A stretch of DNA of 32,000 nt from assembly GCA_046497275.1 (NCBI GenBank), contig JAWOFX010000084.1:32941-64940 (forward strand), given 5' to 3'. The DNA is from Promethearchaeia archaeon. GTDB lineage: Archaea > Asgardarchaeota > Lokiarchaeia > Sigyniarchaeales > SOKP01. Shown here one piece after another: positions 24,217-32,000 of the stretch; within the stretch, counting starts at the first letter, position 1; the number at the start of each line of letters is the position of its first letter. The translations under genes and the position numbers were made by a program. Below the pieces are notes generated by a model. It saw only the letters and a program-made list of their open reading frames with translations, did no database searches and was not told the origin of the DNA.

Positions 24217-25485
24217 TTGAAAATGCTTCAAGTGGGAATAATTGGTGCTGGAGTTATCTCAAAATTGAATGCTTTAGGATATATTTATTCTAAAGATGCG
24301 GAAATAGTTGCCATAGCAGATAAAGATAAGGATAATGCTATTGAAAAACTGGAACGCTGGGGAATTAGAACAGCAAAAGTCTATGAGGATTATAAGCAAA
24401 TGGTCGATAAGGAGGATTTAGATATTATAGAGATCCTAACACCTCATCACCTACACGCGCCCATGACAGAATATTGTGCTCAAGCGGGAGTTCCAGCTGT
24501 ATCTGTTCAGAAACCAATGGCACATAACATTACAGACTGTCAGAAAATGATTGATACTTGCAAGGAAAATGATGTCAAATTGAAAGTATTTGAAAACTTT
24601 ATATTTGCTCCCCATATATTAAAAGCAAAAGAGCTATTAGATCAAGGGATTATTGGAGAACGACTTAATTTTCGTATTAACACAGTTCTGACTGGGGGAC
24701 CTCATATGCATTATAGTTTGATTGAATCATATCTATGGCGGATTCAGGTTGACAAATGTGGCGGCGGACCTTTAATTTACGATGATGGCATTCATAAATT
24801 TTCACTAGCCTTATGGTTGATGAATCAAGAGAGAGTGGAGAAAGTTTATGCATGGATAGATTATTTCTCGGGTATTATGGACGGTCCAAGTAATATTTTT
24901 TGGAAATATCCTTGTGAGGAAAATGAAGCACCAAAATATGGTTCTATGGAATTCAGTTTAGCTCCTAACTTTTATTTCCCAAGTAATTATTATGCCTGCG
25001 AAGAATTTATTGAGATTTCTGGAACGAAAGGTATAATGTGGATTAACCAATGTACATCAGGTGGGAATTTCCTCTCAAATACTTCCCAATATCCTCCCAT
25101 TGTAGTATATTCTGAAGGAAAGGTAAAAAATTATGGAGAGGATTTGCCATTGGATTGGAAATATTCCTTCATAAATTCAACAGAAAACTTCATTGATGCA
25201 ATAAAAAATGACAAACGATATTTATACAAAGGTGAGGTGGGCATGAACCTTTCTATCTTTGCAAAAATGCCATATATTTCAAATCAAGAACAGAGAGAGG
25301 TATTTTGGGATGAAATTACTCCAAAAAATGAAGCAAATAATTCATGTGTAGTGGAAAAATTCTTTACTAAACGAAAATCCATTTTTCAGATGCTTAAATA
25401 TAATTGGCGCGTAAGAAAAGATTTGAAAAAAGGAGAAAAACAAGGATTAAATTATACTGATTTTAAATACCAGTATGAGAAATAA
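24217..25485 (+). CDS. Gfo/Idh/MocA family oxidoreductase
   Basis: GIIGAG Rossmann start, TPHHLH, QKP (EKP-equivalent), GGGPLIYDDGIH. Start is TTG 24217 or ATG 24223. Confidence 0.85.
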   Translation: MKMLQVGIIGAGVISKLNALGYIYSKDAEIVAIADKDKDNAIEKLERWGIRTAKVYEDYKQMVDKEDLDIIEILTPHHLHAPMTEYCAQAGVPAVSVQKPMAHNITDCQKMIDTCKENDVKLKVFENFIFAPHILKAKELLDQGIIGERLNFRINTVLTGGPHMHYSLIESYLWRIQVDKCGGGPLIYDDGIHKFSLALWLMNQERVEKVYAWIDYFSGIMDGPSNIFWKYPCEENEAPKYGSMEFSLAPNFYFPSNYYACEEFIEISGTKGIMWINQCTSGGNFLSNTSQYPPIVVYSEGKVKNYGEDLPLDWKYSFINSTENFIDAIKNDKRYLYKGEVGMNLSIFAKMPYISNQEQREVFWDEITPKNEANNSCVVEKFFTKRKSIFQMLKYNWRVRKDLKKGEKQGLNYTDFKYQYEK

Positions 25486-25532
25486 ATCCTTATTCATTCT
25501 ATTCCGTTTATTAAATAATGGGAAAATCCGAT

Positions 25533-26639
25533 TTAATTATCCTTTATTCTCACTTCATACCCCTTAGAAGCAGATTCAATGGCAGCTAAATTATATTGTA
25601 AGATTTCTCGAGCTTGCTGGCCACTCAATATTGGATCCACATTTCCTTTTGCAGCTTCTATAAAATGATGAGTCGCGTTAATGAAACTATATTTCCAATC
25701 TTTTTGAAAATCATTATAGGATTCGACTTTTCCATCTCTCACTATTATAATAGGAGTAAATGCTTCGGAATTCGACATTGAATTTCCTAGTGATGTTGCT
25801 TGGTTTATTTTCATCAAACCTCTTGTTCCAATAATCTCAATAAATTCATCTGTGGAGTAATAGTTGGACGGGATGCTCATTTCTGGTAAGTAAATAAATT
25901 CCATATTTCCATATTGTGGGACTACATGCTTCTCTTTTTGTTGATATTTAAACATAACATATGCTGGAACATCTAATCCTTGATATATATCATTCCATGC
26001 AAATATTTTCTCAATTTTTTCTTTAAAAAATAATTTCGCTAGCGCAAATGAATGCCAAGCATTATCAAATAAAATTGGTGAACCTTTTTCTGTATCTCCG
26101 CCTACTTTTTGCGGATCGCTTCTCCAATCCTTTGATTTACCTTCTTGCTTCCATCCTCCCTTTCCCGCCATTACAGTTTTAATTCTTATTGAAGTAGGTT
26201 CTCCAATATAATCATCATCAATAAGTTCTTTAGCTTTTAGAATATGTTCATCAAAGTAAAAATTCTCATATATTGAGAGAACAATTCCATTCTCTTCACA
26301 TATTTTAATCATTTTATCCGCTTCTTCTAAGCTCAATGCCATTGGCTTCTGAACTGAAATAGCCTTTACACCTGAATTTATTGAATCTATACACACTTGT
26401 GAATGTAAATAATTTGGAAGAAGAATTTCAACCATATCCAAATCTTCGTTTTTTAGCATATTTTTATAATCAGAATAAAAAGTAACTTCCTCATTTAAAT
26501 TAAATTTTTTGGCTTTATTTTTTGCTTTTTCAATAGTTCTATTACATAATGCGGTAATTTTTATATCTTTGTTATCCAAATATCCAAGAATGTTAAGATC
26601 GAAAATTCTTCCAGTTCCAATAAATCCTAAATTCATCAT
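25533..26639 (-). CDS. Gfo/Idh/MocA family oxidoreductase (paralog of 24217..25485)
   Basis: GFIGTG, LPNYLH, QKPMA and GSPILFDNAWH motifs. Confidence 0.85.
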   Translation of the reverse strand: MMNLGFIGTGRIFDLNILGYLDNKDIKITALCNRTIEKAKNKAKKFNLNEEVTFYSDYKNMLKNEDLDMVEILLPNYLHSQVCIDSINSGVKAISVQKPMALSLEEADKMIKICEENGIVLSIYENFYFDEHILKAKELIDDDYIGEPTSIRIKTVMAGKGGWKQEGKSKDWRSDPQKVGGDTEKGSPILFDNAWHSFALAKLFFKEKIEKIFAWNDIYQGLDVPAYVMFKYQQKEKHVVPQYGNMEFIYLPEMSIPSNYYSTDEFIEIIGTRGLMKINQATSLGNSMSNSEAFTPIIIVRDGKVESYNDFQKDWKYSFINATHHFIEAAKGNVDPILSGQQAREILQYNLAAIESASKGYEVRIKDN

Positions 26640-26811
26640 TTCAAATATAAAAATTATTAATTAAATATATACTACGCTATTTTTAAAACAGGTTTATATT
26701 AAATATCCTAAAATGAATTATAGTTGGTAAAAAAAAATGAATTTTTTACAATAACCTTATGGATTGATTTCCTATGTGTGGTTTTTTTCTACATAATAAA
26801 ATAATCAAATT

Positions 26812-27618
26812 TTAATCTAGAAATTCTTCCATTTCTTTAATGTAATCATCTTTTGCTTCATAATTTACCATATGACCAATTTTAGGAGAAAATACAACTA
26901 ATTTAGAATTGGGTATTTTTTTATGCATCTTTTCAGATTCACTCGGTAGTATGAAGACATCTTTATCTCCAGTAAGAATTAACGTTGGAACATCTATTTT
27001 GGTTAGGTTATCCTCAACATTATAATTATTTACAATAGAATTCATTGTTCTAAGTCCCACATATTCCTTATTCTCAAGAGTTTTTTCTACAAATTCTTTA
27101 ATTAATTCTTGATTTTTTCTTTGGTATTTACGATTGAAACAGAGATTTATAAATATGGTTTCAATAATCTCTTCATCTATGATCTTCATTCTTCCAGCAT
27201 TTAAATCTTCAATATATTGAATCAATCCGGGATTTTGAAGCTTCTGTGCTGTTCCCATTAAAACTAATTTTTTTAATCTTTTCGAAAAAGATGGATTAGT
27301 TGCATAAAGTAATGCTATAAAACCTCCCATACTATGACCATGCAAAATTATCTCTTCATCACCGAGGATTTTTGACAGAGTTTCTTCGAGATATTGAGTT
27401 AAATCAGTCAGTTCATAAGCTTCTGATTCTGGTTTATCGCTTTTTCCATGACCAAGATGATCTATTGCGATAACATGGTAATTATTAGAGAAATACTTTA
27501 CGAGATCTTCATAAATCCAAGAACTTCCTAAAAATCCATGAATAAATACGAGATTTTCTCCCTTTCCTTCTTCTAAATAATGAATATTATATCCTTTGTC
27601 AAGTTTTATATACGGCAT
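26812..27618 (-). CDS. Alpha/beta hydrolase
   Basis: FIHGFLG, DHLGHGKS, nucleophile elbow GHSMGG, GDKD acid and GHM base. Confidence 0.9.
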   Translation of the reverse strand: MPYIKLDKGYNIHYLEEGKGENLVFIHGFLGSSWIYEDLVKYFSNNYHVIAIDHLGHGKSDKPESEAYELTDLTQYLEETLSKILGDEEIILHGHSMGGFIALLYATNPSFSKRLKKLVLMGTAQKLQNPGLIQYIEDLNAGRMKIIDEEIIETIFINLCFNRKYQRKNQELIKEFVEKTLENKEYVGLRTMNSIVNNYNVEDNLTKIDVPTLILTGDKDVFILPSESEKMHKKIPNSKLVVFSPKIGHMVNYEAKDDYIKEMEEFLD

Positions 27619-27753
27619 TTAGATTCACAAGTTTTTGAAATAATTTTTAATTGAGTTAGAATTTAGTTTAAAATCTATATAAATATTAAGATATTTTTGT
27701 TAAATTATAATTCTATAGCAAATTTCATTAATCAAATAAATTTATAGAACGTG

Positions 27754-29415
27754 ATGTCATTAAATAGAGATGAATTAGATCAAAGGAAAGCATATGAACG
27801 AGCTTTATATCATGCGTGCGGATATTCCTATGAAGATTTAAAAAAACCAAAAATTGCGATTGTGAATTCTTGGAATGATATAAATCCGGGGCATATCCAT
27901 CTCAGAAAACTCAGTAAATTAGTAAGAAAGGGGATAAATGAAGCTGGAGGGACTCCTATGGAGTTTAATACTATTGCTATTTGCGATGGGATTGCCAATT
28001 CAGAAGACTTCTCGAAATATGTCCTTCCCACACGTGAAATCATTGCGAATTCAATAGAATCTGTTGTGAAAGCTTACTGTTTTGATGGAATGGTTATGCT
28101 CTGTTCTTGTGACAAAATTATTCCTGGTATGTTACTCGCAGCGGCAAGATGTGATATTCCAACTGTTTTTCTTACTGGAGGTATTATGGATCCAAAAACA
28201 TTTGATGAGGGTCTTTTAAAGGGCAAGACCTTCGTTACTTGTGATATAAAAGAAGCTATAGGTCAGTATAATCGGGGAAAATTATCCAAAAAAGAATTTT
28301 TTCTAATCGAATCTCAAACTTGTAATGTTGGAGCATGTAATATGATGGGAACCGCAAATACTATGGCATGTATCGTAGAAGCCATGGGTTTATCTCTTCC
28401 AAATTGTGCTACAGCTAGCTCGCATGGATTAGAAAGAGATAATATAAGTGTGGAGACTGGAAAAATAATAATTGAATTGGTAAAGCAAAATCTCACAGCC
28501 TTAGATTTTATCACATATGAATCAATTGAAAATGCTATTAAGGTAGCATTAGCTTTTGGAGGATCTACTAATATGGTTTTGCACATGTGTGCCCTATCTT
28601 ATGAAATAGGACAAGAACTGGATCATTTTGATTTTGAAACATTTAGTAAAAAGATTCCCCTATTGGCAAAATTTAAGCCTGCTTCGGAGATCAATCTAAC
28701 TGAATTTCATAAAGTTGGAGGTGTAAAAGTATTGATGAAAAAGCTTAGCTCATTATTGAATTTGGAGACAGAAATGGTAATTGGAAAATCATTAAAAGAC
28801 TATCTCCAAGAAATTGATTATGAGGACCATGAAATTATAAGAGAATTAAATAATCCCATAGAATCACAAGGAGGGATTGCAGTTCTAAAAGGTAATTTAG
28901 CCCCAGAAGGAGCAATAGTCAAACAAAGTGCCATTAGTAAAAAGATGAGACATCATAAAGGTCCAGCAAAAGTATTTGAATCAGAAGAAGAAGTGAAAGA
29001 TGCATTAATGAATAATAAAGTAAAAGAAGGAGATGTTTTAGTTATTAGATATGAAGGACCTAAAGGTTCGCCGGGGATGAGAGAATTATCAATACCAGCC
29101 GCTATTCTAGTTGGTATGGGACTAGGGGATTCGGTTGCTATGATAACGGATGGAAGATACTCTGGAGCAACAAGAGGTCCATGTATTGGCCATGTGTGTC
29201 CCGAAGCAATTGATGGAGGGCCCATTGCAATTGTGAAAGAGGGAGATTTAATCGAAATAGATATTGATAAACGATCATTAGACGTATTAATTCCTCAATC
29301 TGAAATAAATGAGAGATTATATGATTGGAAGCCTCCAGACGCAAAAACAACTTCGGGATATCTTAATATATATAGGAAAATTGTTAGTTCTTCAAAATAT
29401 GGAGCTCATCTCTAA
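27754..29415 (+). CDS. ilvD: Dihydroxy-acid dehydratase (IlvD/Edd family)
   Basis: [50 protein letters not shown] and GHVCPEA motifs. Confidence 0.93.
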   Translation: MSLNRDELDQRKAYERALYHACGYSYEDLKKPKIAIVNSWNDINPGHIHLRKLSKLVRKGINEAGGTPMEFNTIAICDGIANSEDFSKYVLPTREIIANSIESVVKAYCFDGMVMLCSCDKIIPGMLLAAARCDIPTVFLTGGIMDPKTFDEGLLKGKTFVTCDIKEAIGQYNRGKLSKKEFFLIESQTCNVGACNMMGTANTMACIVEAMGLSLPNCATASSHGLERDNISVETGKIIIELVKQNLTALDFITYESIENAIKVALAFGGSTNMVLHMCALSYEIGQELDHFDFETFSKKIPLLAKFKPASEINLTEFHKVGGVKVLMKKLSSLLNLETEMVIGKSLKDYLQEIDYEDHEIIRELNNPIESQGGIAVLKGNLAPEGAIVKQSAISKKMRHHKGPAKVFESEEEVKDALMNNKVKEGDVLVIRYEGPKGSPGMRELSIPAAILVGMGLGDSVAMITDGRYSGATRGPCIGHVCPEAIDGGPIAIVKEGDLIEIDIDKRSLDVLIPQSEINERLYDWKPPDAKTTSGYLNIYRKIVSSSKYGAHL

Positions 29416-29431
29416 AAGAGGGAGAAATTTA

Positions 29432-30601
29432 ATGCCGAATGAAAAATATATTCAAAATATTCTTCAAGATATCACCTTTCCCCGACTTTCAGGAACGCGA
29501 AATGAACAAGTGGCTGCGAATTATATTAAAAGAAAAATAAAAAATCTAAATTTAACTCCAGAAACTCAATCTTTTATTTTCACTTCATTTTATCCTCGAA
29601 TTTATAAAAAAATAGCATTTATATTGATTTTTTGGGTGATTGTTGTATTTTTTTTGAATATTAATGTATTTTTTACAATATTAAATGTTCTTATAGTTAT
29701 TCTCATATTTATTCCATTAATTCTAATTACCAGAAAACCTGAAAATTTACGGATTGGAAAGAATTATTCATCTGAAAATGTTTATGTAAATCTTAATTCT
29801 GAAAAGAAGATCAAACTAAATGAAAATCCCAATCATAAAAAGGTCCAAGTATTATTTCTCTGCCATATTGATTCTAAATCTCAGAGACTCTCCATTAGAT
29901 TAAGGGTTATTAGTGTAAAATTATGGATTTATTCCCTTTTGATAATAATAGGATCTTTAGTGCTTAAATATCTCTATTTCAATCAAAATATTGTTTTTAA
30001 CATTATTGTTTCATTTCTAATAGCACTTAATTTTATTGCAACAGTCCTACAAATCTCTAACACAACTCATAATAAATCTCCTGGAGCGATAGATAATGCT
30101 TCTGGGATCTGTTTAGTGTTAGATTTATTATCTTTTTACGGAAATTTAGCCAACCGTCCGATAAATATGGATCTCTGGTTTGTATTTACAGGAGCAGAAG
30201 AGACGGGAACCATGGGAATAAGACATTTTTCTAAGATTATTAAAAATTACGATGGATTAAGGATAAGATATTTTAATCTTGATTCCGTAGCAAAGGAATT
30301 GGATATTTTTGGACCATTGAAGAGCGATGTTAAAAAAGACAAGTTCTTAACTAAATTTTTTGAATTCTCAAAAGAACTTGATCCTACATTCCATTTAAAA
30401 AGATATTTAATTGCCTTAAATCGTAGTGACGGATACTATTTAAAGAAATTAGGGTTGACTGGTTTGGGATTTGGGGATAAAACGTCATATAAATATATTC
30501 ATTCATCTCAAGATACGCCCGATAAAGTGTCAGCCAAGTTTCTGTCAGATATTTCTGAAGTAATTATAAAATTCTTAAAGGAGTTTGATAATACTCTATA
30601 A
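29432..30601 (+). CDS. Membrane-embedded M28 family zinc peptidase
   Basis: PRLSGT, CHIDS, PGAIDNASG, GAEE, NLDSV and IHSSQD Zn-ligand motifs, with two pairs of hydrophobic segments. ATG 29432 after GGGAG is preferred over the track start 29309, which overlaps ilvD. Confidence 0.82.
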   Translation: MPNEKYIQNILQDITFPRLSGTRNEQVAANYIKRKIKNLNLTPETQSFIFTSFYPRIYKKIAFILIFWVIVVFFLNINVFFTILNVLIVILIFIPLILITRKPENLRIGKNYSSENVYVNLNSEKKIKLNENPNHKKVQVLFLCHIDSKSQRLSIRLRVISVKLWIYSLLIIIGSLVLKYLYFNQNIVFNIIVSFLIALNFIATVLQISNTTHNKSPGAIDNASGICLVLDLLSFYGNLANRPINMDLWFVFTGAEETGTMGIRHFSKIIKNYDGLRIRYFNLDSVAKELDIFGPLKSDVKKDKFLTKFFEFSKELDPTFHLKRYLIALNRSDGYYLKKLGLTGLGFGDKTSYKYIHSSQDTPDKVSAKFLSDISEVIIKFLKEFDNTL

Positions 30602-30658
30602 TAAGAAATTTTAAGATATTCCACCAATTAAAATAAAATTGTTCTCTATATCAATAAT

Positions 30659-32000
30659 ATGGAATTAAATGAAAAAGAATTAGGCTTAATAATAACACCT
30701 GAGAAGACTGCCAATTATATAATTTCTAAACTGGGACAAATTAATAAAAGTGATAAAATCTTGGATCCATGTGTCGGACCAGGGAGATTTATAAATTTAC
30801 TCTTAGAAAAAAATATAAATCCTTCTCAAATATATGCGTTTGATATCAATGAGAAATATAAGAAATCCCTTGAAAACTTAGGTATCAATTTTGAGATTAA
30901 GGACTCTCTGCTTAATATTAGTGAGAATGATTTTGACAAATTCGATTTTATCGTGGGAAACCCCCCTTATCTAAACAAATCTAGTACATACATAAAGAAA
31001 AATAAGAAAAAATTAAAAAGAATTTATGGAAATATTAACGCTCATGAAACCTATTCTATGTTTATAGTAAATAGTATTTGGAGATTAAAAGAAGGTGGTA
31101 TTTTGAGCTTTATTACGAGTGATTCTTTCTTGACCTTAAAGACTCATAAAAAACTAAGAAAATTCATTTTAGACAATTGCATTATAAAAGAAATATTATC
31201 AGCTCCTTCTGATTTATTCCTTAATCAAGGAGTAAACACTTCTCCCGTAATTATTGTGTTAGAAAAGCGAATAGGTAAAGAGAACAAATCTAAAAGATTA
31301 GAAAATGTTATGAGGATAATTCCAAGAATTAACGAGGAGAAAGATTATCTAAATCCTCAGAAAGTTATCTCAGTTAAACAGAAAAAGTATCAATTATTAC
31401 CTTTTTATGTATTTTTTACAGATATAGAAGAAGAGATAATTCATCTATTTGAACAGGCTCCATCATTGAAAAAGTATATCCAAGGTTATATAGGTATGCA
31501 TACACATAATAATCGTAAATATATCGCAGCTATAGAAGCATCAGAATTAGAAGAGATTTTTAAAAAAAGAAACGAAAAATTACATGATCCTTTAAAAAAA
31601 TATAAAATAATTTCCAGAAATCAATTAAATTCAGAGGAATGGAAACCGTATTTGAAAAGAGGAGGATCAGATCAATATTATCGCCCTATTATGGAAGCAT
31701 TAGATTGGAGGGAGGAATCTAAAAATATTTATGATATTCCTAAAAATGCTCCTTTTGAAGAAGAAGGGATCGTTATAAGTGGAGTTAGCTCAAGATTAGC
31801 TGCCCGATATATGCCCCCCGGATGTTATTGGGATTCCAACAAGGCAATGGGTTTCATTATTAAAGACAAACATTTTTCCATAGAATATATTTTAGGTTTA
31901 TTAAATAGCTCATTATACAATTATTTAGCCAAGGGCATCATAAATAATACCAACAGTATTCAATTAACTGGAATTCATTCACTCCCGATTATTTTACCCG
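30659..32000 (+). CDS. N6-adenine DNA methyltransferase (Eco57I/TaqI-like gamma class), 3' end runs off the window
   Basis: Not in the ORF track; from ATG 30659: MELNEKELGLIITPEKTANYI...KILDPCVGPG...FDFIVGNPPY...TYSMFI...LKEGGILSFITSDSFL. SAM-binding motif I precedes the catalytic NPPY motif IV. Confidence 0.88.
   Translation, partial: MELNEKELGLIITPEKTANYIISKLGQINKSDKILDPCVGPGRFINLLLEKNINPSQIYAFDINEKYKKSLENLGINFEIKDSLLNISENDFDKFDFIVGNPPYLNKSSTYIKKNKKKLKRIYGNINAHETYSMFIVNSIWRLKEGGILSFITSDSFLTLKTHKKLRKFILDNCIIKEILSAPSDLFLNQGVNTSPVIIVLEKRIGKENKSKRLENVMRIIPRINEEKDYLNPQKVISVKQKKYQLLPFYVFFTDIEEEIIHLFEQAPSLKKYIQGYIGMHTHNNRKYIAAIEASELEEIFKKRNEKLHDPLKKYKIISRNQLNSEEWKPYLKRGGSDQYYRPIMEALDWREESKNIYDIPKNAPFEEEGIVISGVSSRLAARYMPPGCYWDSNKAMGFIIKDKHFSIEYILGLLNSSLYNYLAKGIINNTNSIQLTGIHSLPIILP

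Noticed and set aside
1116-29350. Short track ORFs opposite or overlapping confident genes (e.g. 1116..1538, 5847..6029, 6251..6526, 9967..10257, 11903..12190, 16362..16628, 17207..17545, 23809..24147, 28314..28586, 28953..29225)
   Set aside because: They are shadows of well-supported genes, with no recognisable motifs.

Overview
AT-rich archaeal window (GC roughly 30% by eye). The ether-lipid genes, the eukaryote-like LRR protein and the overall gene style suggest an Asgard/Lokiarchaeia-like genome; this is inference. The window is dominated by an isoprenoid supercluster: mevalonate genes (HMG-CoA synthase, class II HMG-CoA reductase, MvaD-family decarboxylase, type 2 IPP isomerase), ether-lipid genes (GGGP synthase, DGGGP synthase, geranylgeranyl reductase, dolichol/phytol-kinase-like), and a carotenoid cassette (crtB, crtI, crtZ, with no cyclase). 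The top finding is that the DGGGP synthase gene, which the ORF track splits in two, is interrupted by a 30-nt stop-containing insert (3486-3515, minus strand). This insert folds into a canonical 3-4-3 bulge-helix-bulge (BHB) motif. Cutting at the standard splicing-endonuclease positions removes exactly 30 nt and restores the conserved DIYDVEIDKINRPERPIP motif in frame, making it a candidate archaeal mRNA intron in a core membrane-lipid gene. Directly upstream is a 1751-aa orphan-like protein with a retropepsin-type protease motif, internal repeats and a C-terminal HNH-like motif. The window also holds several decayed genes, two convergent Gfo/Idh/MocA paralogs, ilvD, an M28 peptidase and a truncated N6-adenine methyltransferase. 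I saw no tRNA, rRNA, CRISPR array or transposase.
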